From Candidatus Krumholzibacteriota bacterium (GTDB lineage: Bacteria; Krumholzibacteriota; Krumholzibacteriia; LZORAL124-64-63), in contig JAJRZA010000053.1 in NCBI GenBank assembly GCA_024275485.1, forward strand, positions 24,608 through 88,607: a stretch of 64,000 nt of DNA, given 5' to 3'. The position numbers were made by a program, and so were the translations under genes. Positions 19,507 to 29,141 of this stretch are shown in pieces. Under the pieces are notes generated by a model that was given only the letters and a program-made list of their open reading frames with translations, had not been told where the DNA came from and did not search any database. Within the stretch, counting starts at the first letter, position 1; the number at the start of each line of letters is the position of its first letter.

Positions 19507-22500
19507 TCAGGTTCTGGCCCGAAGTTCCGCCAGACGTTCAAGCATAACCGAAGCTAAGACCAGGAAGTCATCCCTGGCCCCAGGTACTTTCATGATGAAC
19601 TGGTCGACAGCCTTGAATTGCAGCCCTTTCGGTCCATTGGCCATCAAGCCCTGAATAATAACCGGTTCGGGCTCCTGTCCGCCAGCGAAAAAGAAATCCA
19701 GCCCCTGTCGAGTTCCGATGATCTCCACGATTCCCAGGCTCCCAGCCATGATTCTCAGGCGTTGCAGGGCCACCAGGTTGTCCACAGGTTTGGGCAATGG
19801 CCCATAGCGATCCTTGAACTCATCCCTCAGTCGCAAACAGGCCTCGGGGTTGCGGATCCGGGCCAGCCGGCGGTACAAATCCATTTTTTGCTGGGGATCG
19901 CCCACGTAATCGTCGGGCAAATAGGCCGACAGTCTCAGTTCGATCTTCACATCCAGCGGTGCTACACCGCCGCCGCCCTGAAGTTCCGCCACGGTTTCTT
20001 CCAAAAGCCGGCAATACAGATCAAAGCCGATGGCCTCCATATGCCCATGTTGCTGCTCTCCCAGAAGGTTCCCGGCCCCACGGATTTCCAGATCGCGCAT
20101 GGCTATGTGGTAGCCCGAACCCAGGGCCTGGAATTCCTCCAGGGCGGCCAGACGTCGGCGGGCTTCCGAGGTCAGACGCTCGCCGGGCGGGGTCATCAGA
20201 TAGGCGAATGCACGCTGATTGCTGCGTCCCACCCGGCCTCGCAATTGATAAAGCTGAGCCAAACCGAAACGATCGGCCCGATCAATGATGATCGTATTGA
20301 CCCGCGGCATATCCAGACCCGATTCGATGATGGTTGTGGTCACCAGCACATCGTATTGTTGGTCCAGAAATTCACTCATGATCTGTTCCAGACGCTCTTC
20401 GTGCATCTGACCGTGGGCCCAGGCCACCCGCACGTTGGGTAGGAGCTTCTTGATGAGCTGAGCCGTTCCTTCGATGGTCTGCACCCGATTATGGACATAA
20501 AAGACCTGTCCGCCCCGGTGCAGTTCGCGCAGAATGGCCTCCACCAGGGTTTGCTTGCTGAAGGCACACAACTCGGTATGAATGGGCAGGCGGTCCAGTG
20601 GCGGAGTGTTGATCAGGCTCATGTCGCGAGCTCCCATCAAGGACAGATACAACGTGCGCGGAATGGGCGTGGCGCTGAGGGTCATCACATCCACCACACG
20701 CTTCAACTCCTTGATGCGTTCCTTGTGACGCACTCCAAAACGCTGTTCCTCATCAATGACCAACAATCCCAGGTTCTTGGCTTTAACGTCCCTTGAGAGT
20801 AGGCGATGGGTTCCGATCAGCACATCCACTTTGTCCTCGGAAAAGGCCTTCAGGATCTGCTTCTGTTCCTGCGGTGTTTTGAATCGGCTTATGGTTTCCA
20901 CCCGCACCGGAAAATCCCGAAACCGCTCACCGAAAGTTTCACCGTGCTGGTGGGCCAAAAGAGTGGTCGGACAGAGGATAACCACTTGTTTGCCGGCGGC
21001 GGCCGATTTGAAGGCCGCGCGGATGGCCACTTCCGTTTTGCCGAATCCCACATCTCCACATACCAGGCGATCCATGGGTTTGGGGTTTTCCATGTCGCGC
21101 TTGATATCGGCGATGGCCGTCAACTGGTCCGGGGTTTCATCGTAAAGGAAAGAATCCTCCAAGGCCTTTTGCAGATGATTGTCCGCAGGAAAGGCAAAAC
21201 CCGGCCGGGCTTCGCGCAAGGCGTACAAATCAATCAGCTCAGCAGCCATGGCCTTGATGGCCTTGGCCGCCTTGCCCTTGACCTTGAGCCAACTACCTGA
21301 ACCCAACCTGGCCAACGGAGGGTTGGCACCCTGATCGCTGCTGTAGCGTTCCACCTGGTCGATGTTCTCCACCGGCACGTACACCTTGGCACCCTGGGCG
21401 TACTCCACCAGCAGACACTCGCGGCTCAATCCTTCCACCGTGATCACACGCAGACCCTTGTAATGTCCGACACCGTATTCCAAGTGCACCACAAACTCGC
21501 CCGGTTGCAGGGAGGCTCTCTCCTTGACCAGGCCACTGCTCCGTTTGCGCACCCTGCCGGGTCGCCGGTAGCGTTCAAAAAACTCATGGTCAGTGTGCAC
21601 CGTCAGGTTGGCCGCAGACCATTGGAACCCGGCGGACAATGGAGCCACCTGGGGAATGGTCAGGCAGACATCACCCTCGGATTCTTCGAGCAGTTCCTGC
21701 AAACGGTTACTTTGACCCTGATTGTCACAAAGAAACAGCACTGTCTGGCCATCCCGCTCCCGTTTGCAGAGGTCTTCCTTCAACTGGCGGACGTCGCCCC
21801 CGCGCAAAAGTTGACTGCTGGTCTCCAGGTTCAATCTGCCCGTTGGTTGCCAATCCAACCACCTGGCATCATCGTCGCCCTTGATCCAGGAGGCGGACAG
21901 AAACACGTGGCCCATGCGGCCCAGGCGCAGTTTGGTGGACGGAACAACCAATTCGTCGATTTCAGGCAGAATCGGTTCCCGTTCCAGACGGCCCTCTCGC
22001 AATCGTGGCAATTCACTGTCCAGGAGTTCGCTTTGGGTTTTCAGGCGGGCGGGGTCGATCCAGAATATGGTGGCTCCATCCGGCAGGTAGTCGCTCACCG
22101 TGGCGCTGGCACCGAACCAGGGCAGAAAGCTGTCCAGACCATCATCCAAGAGACGATCCTCAAGACGAGCTTCAAGATCGTAGAGAAAATCGTCATTCCC
22201 AGCGGGTCCACCGGCCTGCAGGGCTTCTTCAACCCTGGCCAGGCAGGCAAGCACCGCATCATCATCCAACAGCAAATGACTCACCGGCAGGATGACCGTT
22301 TCTTCACCCCGCACGGTGGTGCGCTGGGAGTCCACCTCAAACCAGCGCACGGAAATGATTTCGTCGTCAAAAAACTCGATGCGCAGGGGTTCGTCGCCGG
22401 GCATGAATATGTCGAAGACACCTCCGCGCCGGGCAAAATCGCCCACCTTGGCCACCATCCCAGCAGGACGATATCCCCGTTGGGACAGAAGTTCGCCCAA

Positions 22501-23022
22501 TTCATCAAGATCGATGCGATCGCCAACCTTGAGAGTCAGGACGGCCCGATCCAGGGTGCCGGGGGCCATCACTTTTTGTCGGGCGCCGTAAACTGAAGTT
22601 ACAGCCAGGGGTGGTTGATCGGCGCGAAGCCGATGCAGTCCTTCCAGAAAGTCTCCCACCAGGCCCGGTTCAGGAGAATTTCGGTCGAAGGCCAGAACTT
22701 CCTGCTGAGGCAAAAGCACCACCTGACCAGAACCCAGCCACACCTCCAGATCCATGGACAACTGCTCTGCCGACTCACGATCCGGCGTCACCAACAAGGC
22801 GCTGCGTCCTTGCCGGCGATGCCAGGCCGCCAAGAGAGCCGCCGCAGCACCACCATTCAGACCGGACAATAAAAAAGGACCATCCCCTTGGGCAGGATGG
22901 TCCAACAGAGCAAGCTCCACCGCAGCCACAACCTCGAAGAGGCCCTCGCCGGATTGGTTGTTTTCAAATGCATCGCGCAGCAAACCGTTTTGGTTGCCGG
23001 GCTCGTCAGTGATCTGACTCAT
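19507..23022 (-). CDS. mfd: Transcription-repair coupling factor Mfd
   Basis: [68 protein letters not shown] and [12 protein letters not shown] motifs; 1171 aa. Confidence 0.99.
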   Translation of the reverse strand: MSQITDEPGNQNGLLRDAFENNQSGEGLFEVVAAVELALLDHPAQGDGPFLLSGLNGGAAAALLAAWHRRQGRSALLVTPDRESAEQLSMDLEVWLGSGQVVLLPQQEVLAFDRNSPEPGLVGDFLEGLHRLRADQPPLAVTSVYGARQKVMAPGTLDRAVLTLKVGDRIDLDELGELLSQRGYRPAGMVAKVGDFARRGGVFDIFMPGDEPLRIEFFDDEIISVRWFEVDSQRTTVRGEETVILPVSHLLLDDDAVLACLARVEEALQAGGPAGNDDFLYDLEARLEDRLLDDGLDSFLPWFGASATVSDYLPDGATIFWIDPARLKTQSELLDSELPRLREGRLEREPILPEIDELVVPSTKLRLGRMGHVFLSASWIKGDDDARWLDWQPTGRLNLETSSQLLRGGDVRQLKEDLCKRERDGQTVLFLCDNQGQSNRLQELLEESEGDVCLTIPQVAPLSAGFQWSAANLTVHTDHEFFERYRRPGRVRKRSSGLVKERASLQPGEFVVHLEYGVGHYKGLRVITVEGLSRECLLVEYAQGAKVYVPVENIDQVERYSSDQGANPPLARLGSGSWLKVKGKAAKAIKAMAAELIDLYALREARPGFAFPADNHLQKALEDSFLYDETPDQLTAIADIKRDMENPKPMDRLVCGDVGFGKTEVAIRAAFKSAAAGKQVVILCPTTLLAHQHGETFGERFRDFPVRVETISRFKTPQEQKQILKAFSEDKVDVLIGTHRLLSRDVKAKNLGLLVIDEEQRFGVRHKERIKELKRVVDVMTLSATPIPRTLYLSLMGARDMSLINTPPLDRLPIHTELCAFSKQTLVEAILRELHRGGQVFYVHNRVQTIEGTAQLIKKLLPNVRVAWAHGQMHEERLEQIMSEFLDQQYDVLVTTTIIESGLDMPRVNTIIIDRADRFGLAQLYQLRGRVGRSNQRAFAYLMTPPGERLTSEARRRLAALEEFQALGSGYHIAMRDLEIRGAGNLLGEQQHGHMEAIGFDLYCRLLEETVAELQGGGGVAPLDVKIELRLSAYLPDDYVGDPQQKMDLYRRLARIRNPEACLRLRDEFKDRYGPLPKPVDNLVALQRLRIMAGSLGIVEIIGTRQGLDFFFAGGQEPEPVIIQGLMANGPKGLQFKAVDQFIMKVPGARDDFLVLASVMLERLAELRART

Positions 23023-23050
23023 ATTCTTTCAGGCTTTAAATAGACAATTT

Positions 23051-23086
23051 GAGGAGGATAAGTTTTTCAACCGCAAAATCCTCCTC
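23051..23086. repeat. Perfect 9-bp inverted repeat (possible terminator or operator) upstream of mfd
   Basis: gaggaggat-N18-atcctcctc. Confidence 0.55.
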
Positions 23087-23250
23087 TTTTGATTGAATAA
23101 TGACCATATTCTAACTCATTGTGGCATAAAATCAATGTTAGTCCTCGTCTACAAAAATACCGTGGAAACCGTCATCTCGGTTTCACCCGGATGAATTGGC
23201 AGCCAGATATCAGGACCTTAACCCTGCCATGAACTTGATGAGTTTCGCTT

Positions 23251-23652
23251 CTACCAAACCGGTCCGAGGCTCTCGCGATCACGATCGTAAAAAGAGCAGT
23301 TGCCCTTCTCAACATGACCCCGGAAACATTCTTCGTACGTGTTTTGGTAGTGTTCTTCCAGTGCGCGGCAAAGCGCAGGTCTTGGCAGCCAGTGGCCTTC
23401 TTCGTCGATCAAGACCGATTTGTTCAAAAGCAGCTGGTCCCCTCGGTAGACCCCATAAAGCAAGACTTGAATGGGACTGATGTTCCTTCCTGACAGACAT
23501 TCGAGCAAGCCGCAGAGAGTATCGGAAAAGAAATGGTCATAGACGGGCTCGGCACCTTCACCCCCCAGAATGTCAACCCATCCTTCGTAGGTGAACGGCA
23601 GGTTTCGGTCACGCATCGACTGTGGACAGACGCCTTTTATTCCGGCTTTCAT
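23251..23652 (-). CDS. Hypothetical Cys/His-containing protein
   Basis: aaggag RBS 7 nt before ATG 23652; globular-looking composition with spaced Cys and His residues. Confidence 0.7.
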   Translation of the reverse strand: MKAGIKGVCPQSMRDRNLPFTYEGWVDILGGEGAEPVYDHFFSDTLCGLLECLSGRNISPIQVLLYGVYRGDQLLLNKSVLIDEEGHWLPRPALCRALEEHYQNTYEECFRGHVEKGNCSFYDRDRESLGPVW

Positions 23653-23742
23653 GCCAGTGCTCCTTTGATACTCCCCCAAGGTCCTTCTGCCTACTCCCCA
23701 CACCAGTTGCAGTCGGACTCAAGGTCAAACAGCGGGGCGAAA

Positions 23743-23768
23743 CGGGGCCGGCGGTTCCACCGGCCCCG
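23743..23768 (-). terminator. GC-rich hairpin, probable terminator of the protease gene
   Basis: cggggccgg-N8-ccggccccg, about 12 nt after the protease stop; only a short T run follows on the minus strand. Confidence 0.6.
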
Positions 23769-23780
23769 CCCAACTCTCCT

Positions 23781-26153
23781 CTAGTTGGTGGCCTTTTTCA
23801 TTTTCTTGCCATAAGTCTTGATCCTGGACTTGATGTCCGTCAGTACGGGTTCCACCACGTTCCGTTTGGCCATGGTATTCAACAGGGTTTCCTGAACCTT
23901 GACCGCCTTACCCGCATCCCCCTGGCTGTTCACCAGGTCGGTGTACTGGTCGGTCATGGTCTTGAATTTGATATGACCGAAAGTATCGATGGCTTGGTCG
24001 GCTTTGTTGTCCAGGGCCGTTGTCAAAGTCTTCAAACCCTTGTCGACCTTGGCTTCGGTTATCTTGATTACGCCACCGAGACTTGTGGCCTTGGCGAGGA
24101 TATCATTCATCCCACCATCCAGATTCAGCATCTTGTAGTTGCGGGTCATCGTATTACCCAACACCAAATTTGCGTGCAGGGATACCCGTTGTCCCTTCAA
24201 CTGTTTCGTGATCGTCTTCAAGGTATTGATGCCGCTCTCAAGAACGCGGCTACCTCCGAAGGTCAGAATCCGGCCTACATCTTCGCTAAAGAAGTCCTGG
24301 GCCAAGACCTGTTCATCGAAACTGTTGGCAGGCCTGACAGTCATGAGCATCGGCTGTGAGACAATATCCTTTTCTTCGTGGTGAAGACAAATCTGGACGA
24401 CGTATCGTCCTGCCTCATCAATGTTCCAGCCACCGGAGCCCACCGATACCAACATGGAGCTGTAAAGCGATTGGCCGGGCTCGAGCGCCACGAGTTTCGG
24501 CTCGAGGCAGTATTGGGCAAAAGGAGTCATCTGCTTGGCTTCGTCGTTCTCACGCTTGGTGACAACCGTGAGATGATCGCTGCGTTCAAGGATGTTCTGG
24601 TCAACAAGCTGCGTCCGGTCCGAGGTGTTGGTCAGTTTGAGCTCAATGTTGACAGGTTCAAGGAACTCGTAGACAGGTGTGTCCCGGTTGACCCGTGTCT
24701 CCAGACGGAGAGTCGGAGTCTCCTCGACATTTGCGCCTTCGAAGCCATGATTGTCAAACCAGTTTGCTCCACCCATCTTGACGAAACGCTCCGGAGCATG
24801 ACGCAAAAAGAGAAGTTCGTTGTTGCTGAAACGGAACTGGAAGTCGGAGAAGAAGGCAGTCTGACCTCCGCTAACATTGTAGGGATAGTTCATGAAGCTG
24901 CGCGCCTCCGGCTCATTGGATAATGGAATCCAGGGCGTTCCCCAGGAAGTGGGATGCTGTTTCTGCCAGGAATGCGCCAGATTGAAACCGTGTCCCATCT
25001 CGTGGACCGCCGTCCAAAAGCGCATTCGATTGACCCAAGCCGCCGGGTGGGTATCGCCCGGCGGTGCGTTGGAGATGAATGAATCGTAGAAGAGTGACGT
25101 TCCCTGCCGATGGTTTGGACCGATGTCGTCGAACATGATCCCACCCAGGCCCGACCCCATTTCGTGTTGATTGGCAAACAGAACCCACATGGCCCATTGC
25201 GACGTATTCTGGAATCGCGACCAATAGGTCTGCATCGCATCGTGCATTTCCGAATCGCTCCAGTTTGGATTGGTGTTCTGACCTGCAATAGCCAATGGCA
25301 CCTGCGAAGGGTTTGGCGAAAGCGATACGTCGAATCCAGCCCGCTGGTAGACCTTGCCGATGGAAAGGTCCCGGGACGGGATATTGGCCGGACGGTTGGG
25401 GTGGGAATGAGTCTGGTGGCTAGTCACCGGGGTGATGCCGACCACGTGGTCATACTCGAATTCCACCTTGTGGAAATACCGAGATACAAAATTGAAGTGG
25501 CGAACCCTGGTAGGTTGCCCTGAGCCCCGGAATTCCACCCGCACCTTCTTCTGGCTGGGTAACCAGCTCCTGGTCACCTTCACAACGATGGTGTTCTGGG
25601 GCAACATTCGGGTGTTGCCATCCTTGTGCCAGATCTGTCCTATCCAGACGTTGCGTGAGGTCCGGTGCAGGTTTGCGATCCAGTGGAGGCGGTTGCGGAA
25701 GCCACGCCTGATGGTGCCGCTGGCCACATTCTGGGGATACCGGTCATCCACATCCAACCTGAGTTCCTCATTTTCCAACCAAGGCAACCTGAAAATCTGA
25801 TCATCGGCCATCTGAGTTGTATTGGCGTATTCCATCTCCATCCCGGTTTCATCCTCGATACCATCGTTGATATCCAGGTCCGTATCCAGGTCCGTATCAT
25901 CCAATTCCTGGTTCAGTTGCATACCAGGGATTGCCGTTGTGTATGGCTGTCTGGGGATGGGAGTTGGCAGGGGGAATGGGCGAGGTATGGGGAATGGTAT
26001 TCTCGTGATGATTCGCCGTACCCCTTTGTACAGTCCACTGACGGTGATCCGCGGCCGCATGGGAAGATATGGCACCATTTCTTCCATGTCGATCCTGTGG
26101 TCAACCTCTGACGACTGGGTGGTTTGATCTTGTTTTGTCTCAGTTTTCTTCAT
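23781..26153 (-). CDS. Metzincin-like zinc metalloprotease, 790 aa, no signal peptide
   Basis: VHEMGHGFNLAH (HExxHxxGxxH with G replaced by N) followed by a Met-turn-like SFMNYP; ggagg RBS. Confidence 0.8.
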   Translation of the reverse strand: MKKTETKQDQTTQSSEVDHRIDMEEMVPYLPMRPRITVSGLYKGVRRIITRIPFPIPRPFPLPTPIPRQPYTTAIPGMQLNQELDDTDLDTDLDINDGIEDETGMEMEYANTTQMADDQIFRLPWLENEELRLDVDDRYPQNVASGTIRRGFRNRLHWIANLHRTSRNVWIGQIWHKDGNTRMLPQNTIVVKVTRSWLPSQKKVRVEFRGSGQPTRVRHFNFVSRYFHKVEFEYDHVVGITPVTSHQTHSHPNRPANIPSRDLSIGKVYQRAGFDVSLSPNPSQVPLAIAGQNTNPNWSDSEMHDAMQTYWSRFQNTSQWAMWVLFANQHEMGSGLGGIMFDDIGPNHRQGTSLFYDSFISNAPPGDTHPAAWVNRMRFWTAVHEMGHGFNLAHSWQKQHPTSWGTPWIPLSNEPEARSFMNYPYNVSGGQTAFFSDFQFRFSNNELLFLRHAPERFVKMGGANWFDNHGFEGANVEETPTLRLETRVNRDTPVYEFLEPVNIELKLTNTSDRTQLVDQNILERSDHLTVVTKRENDEAKQMTPFAQYCLEPKLVALEPGQSLYSSMLVSVGSGGWNIDEAGRYVVQICLHHEEKDIVSQPMLMTVRPANSFDEQVLAQDFFSEDVGRILTFGGSRVLESGINTLKTITKQLKGQRVSLHANLVLGNTMTRNYKMLNLDGGMNDILAKATSLGGVIKITEAKVDKGLKTLTTALDNKADQAIDTFGHIKFKTMTDQYTDLVNSQGDAGKAVKVQETLLNTMAKRNVVEPVLTDIKSRIKTYGKKMKKATN
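25871..25898. repeat. 12-bp tandem repeat (about 2.3 copies) encoding DTDL-DTDL
   Basis: tatccaggtccg x2 plus tatc, inside the protease N-terminal region. Confidence 0.7.
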
Positions 26154-26256
26154 CTTTATTCCTCCAATTTCACGGACAAAAAAGTTTGACGTTATTCACT
26201 CTCCTTGTTTTAAATCCACATCCACTGCTGCCACGGGTGCTGTTTATATTTCCTGC

Positions 26257-26568
26257 CTACATGTAATGGAACGGATGATTTTGTTCCAAGTGGGTGATGC
26301 TGCCATCATCGTTTCGCACGACTCCCACATAGGTTTGCACGTCCACTTGCAGGATAATGTTTTGTGATTGATGTCTATCCGGTTGTTCGATGGTGATTTT
26401 CACCGTTCCGGTCGGAACAGTGGTTGAGAAAGATTCAGCCAAACCAATTTGATACCTGGTTTTAACTCCCTTTTTACGCCAGGCTTCTTTCCCGTCAATC
26501 AGGATGACGATGGTATCATCGTCAAACCCTTCCTGCAAATCCAGTTGCAGATTGACTGTTTCTGCCAT
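26257..26568 (-). CDS. Small hypothetical protein (103 aa, predicted beta-rich) upstream of the protease
   Basis: aggag RBS and ATG; alternating beta-strand pattern; co-oriented with the protease. Confidence 0.75.
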   Translation of the reverse strand: MAETVNLQLDLQEGFDDDTIVILIDGKEAWRKKGVKTRYQIGLAESFSTTVPTGTVKITIEQPDRHQSQNIILQVDVQTYVGVVRNDDGSITHLEQNHPFHYM

Positions 26569-26871
26569 GGCGGCTCCTATTTCTTGTTCAATGATCTCAA
26601 CAAGGGATCTCTCTTGGCCGCGTTCCCCCAGATTCCAACTAAAGCAAGGTATGGGATTTTTTTTTACAAATTACAATTCACCCCCATTTATTTCCAAATC
26701 CCTTTGGAAGACGATTGGGTTAAACCAAGGTGGAAAGCAAAGGAGTAGGACCTGTATTTTGACCACGACGCCACAGGTGCAAGGAAGGTATGATCTCCAT
26801 TCGCGACGTGAATAATATATCTAAACGACAAACAGCCGTTGGCGCCACCCATCGAATTATTGACCGTGGAA

Positions 26872-28161
26872 TTATTTTGATGAAAACCCATTGGACCCTT
26901 CTTCATTTATGCCGGTCCAGGATTCTGAACTGCCCAACTCATTGGTTCCACCGGCTGCCTCGGCTGCAATCTTGCCAACGTCCTCGGTGATTTCTTCCTT
27001 TTCTCCACCATCATTCCCGCTGCTGATCAGGGCCCTAACCCATTTCACTTCAGGAGCCCCGGGACTATCCGGTCTCGATTGCAGATCCAAACCCGCCTTT
27101 TGGCGGTGGAACCGAAACCCTGATCCACCCACATCGATGAAGATGAGATCGCCTGGGTTGATCTTACCCTGAACAACGAAATGGGACAGTGGAGTTACTA
27201 CCAGATGGTCGAGAGCGCGATTCAAGGGTCGAGCTCCCAGGGACGGATCAGCCTTGTGCTCGATGATCCGGATTTTTGCTGCCGGCGTCAGATGGATCAA
27301 GAAGGGCTTGTTTGCGGACAAGGTACGGCGCTGAAACCGGGAAACCTGCAAATCCAGAATCTGCAACAGATGTTCATCCTGCAGGGGAGCGAAAGTGATG
27401 GCCTGGTCGAATCGATTCAAGAATTCAATGGGAAAAGTTTTGCGGGCGGCTCGCCAAGCGGCTGCATCCATATCCTTGACGGTGATCTGGTCATGGGAAG
27501 TAAATCCGATTCCCTCGTGGCCCAGGCGCGCGCTCATGGCCTCACTGCCCACATTGGTGGTCAGAATGATGATGGAGTTCCGAAAACTGCTCTCTTCGTT
27601 GTTGGCCAGAACCAGTTGACCATCCTCCAGAATACCCAGCAACAAATCCCACATCTTGGGATGGGCTTTTTCAATCTCATCGAAAAGAACGAGAGACAAG
27701 GGTTTGTTTTTGGATCCACCAAGAAGATTGTGCAACAGGGAATCTTCCTGAGAAACCAGGCCTATTCCATCGTCCAGGGCTTTCAAGCAGTGGCGGTCGA
27801 GGTTTTCCTGGCACACCAGGGGCTTGACTTCTGCCCCCACGTAACCTGGAGGCGAGCCCATGAGTTTGGACAAATTGAAATGGGCGGAGAATTCCTGGCA
27901 GTTGATTCTGGTGAAAGCTCGTTGATGCCCAAAAAGAATCCGGGCGAGTGCCCGGACGGTTTCTGTTTTACCCACACCCGTGGGTCCCATGAAGAGCATC
28001 GTCAGCAAGGGGCGTTCGCAGTCTTGAATTCCTGCCAGAAGCCGACTCAGACTGTCGATCAGTTTGTCAATGGCTCCCGGTTGCCCGACTACTTGTTGTC
28101 TTAAATCCAGTGAGAACCGCCGCAACTGACCCTCGTGGGGATCATGCCGCAATTCGTCCAA
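26872..28161 (-). CDS. Stand-alone ClpA/B/C D2-type AAA+ ATPase
   Basis: VVGQ, LFMGPTGVGKT, GSPPGYVG, VLFDEIEKAH, TTNVG, IGF, EFLNRFD and LGARPL motifs; no N-domain or D1. Confidence 0.9.
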   Translation of the reverse strand: MDELRHDPHEGQLRRFSLDLRQQVVGQPGAIDKLIDSLSRLLAGIQDCERPLLTMLFMGPTGVGKTETVRALARILFGHQRAFTRINCQEFSAHFNLSKLMGSPPGYVGAEVKPLVCQENLDRHCLKALDDGIGLVSQEDSLLHNLLGGSKNKPLSLVLFDEIEKAHPKMWDLLLGILEDGQLVLANNEESSFRNSIIILTTNVGSEAMSARLGHEGIGFTSHDQITVKDMDAAAWRAARKTFPIEFLNRFDQAITFAPLQDEHLLQILDLQVSRFQRRTLSANKPFLIHLTPAAKIRIIEHKADPSLGARPLNRALDHLVVTPLSHFVVQGKINPGDLIFIDVGGSGFRFHRQKAGLDLQSRPDSPGAPEVKWVRALISSGNDGGEKEEITEDVGKIAAEAAGGTNELGSSESWTGINEEGSNGFSSK

Positions 28162-28515
28162 AATAACCCGTCCTTGATTTGTTCCTCCGTGAACGGGCAG
28201 AAGCTTAATGAATCAACTTAGGAAGGTTTTATTTTTCGGCAAGGCCCAAATTTTTCTGAATTTTCCGTATCAGAGAAATAGTTGAATCCCGGAAAAATTT
28301 TCGACACGGGAAGGTGTGCCAGTGCGACCACAGCTCCGAGGGCCTCGGAACAGTATCGCGGGCCCGCCGTGAGATTGCCCTGAGCCGAGGCCAGGGAGGC
28401 GATACTACCATCCAATCCCTTTGACAACAGAATATTAATGGCGTTGGCGCCTGTTGTGCCAACCGTCAAACCATCCGCATCCAGTTCAAGGGTTTTTGGT
28501 ACGAAGTCATCGGGA

Positions 28516-29139
28516 TCATTTGGCGTACTTCACACTGCAACCATACGGTTTGGTTTCAGGAATCCGGACTTTCTCACCCTGCATAAGGTCGTTCAAGGCA
28601 TGAAGCACATGATTGGTTTCGCCCAGCTCAGTCGGCGAACGGTTGTCATCGATGGCTCCATTGTAGGCCACTTTGCCGTCTCGCGTAATGATGAACATAT
28701 GAGGCGTGGTTTTTGCTCCGTACAAACGACCCACCTTACCGGCAGGATCCAGCAGCACCGGAAAAGGGATTTGGTATTCCTTGACGGCCTTCTGGTTGCG
28801 CTCCAGACCATAACCCTGCTTGCCTTCGGCGCTGGAATTGACCGCCAGCCAGACCACATCGTGATCCTTCACCTTGGCAAAGGCCTCGTTCATGGTCCTG
28901 TGGTTTTTATGGTGTTTGACGATGAAGGGGCAGTCGGGGTTGAACCACTCCAGCACAACGGTTTTTCCTTCGGCCAGGTAGTCGGTCAGGCTGTGGTCGT
29001 TGCCCTCGGTGTCCTGCAGAGTAAACGCCGGGGCCTCTTCGCCGGGCAGGGCCCCGGCCATGGCCAGTGGTGCCGACAACATGAGAATCAGGGCACAGGC
29101 TACGGAATGCTGGAACAGCCTGGTCGTAAAGTTGGTCAT
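28516..29139 (-). CDS. Exported thioredoxin-fold redoxin (AhpC/TSA-like)
   Basis: Signal peptide, APAFTLQD, VVLEWFNPDCPF, YGAKTTPHMF, YNGAIDD and PYGCSVKY motifs. Confidence 0.9.
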   Translation of the reverse strand: MTNFTTRLFQHSVACALILMLSAPLAMAGALPGEEAPAFTLQDTEGNDHSLTDYLAEGKTVVLEWFNPDCPFIVKHHKNHRTMNEAFAKVKDHDVVWLAVNSSAEGKQGYGLERNQKAVKEYQIPFPVLLDPAGKVGRLYGAKTTPHMFIITRDGKVAYNGAIDDNRSPTELGETNHVLHALNDLMQGEKVRIPETKPYGCSVKYAK

Positions 29140-29141
29140 GA

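Noticed and set aside
28178-28195. ACGGAGGAAC similarity to the c-di-AMP (ydaO) riboswitch
   Set aside because: The other conserved elements (GCTGAATCC, TGGGG..AATC, GTAGGG, CAGCTAAC) are absent.
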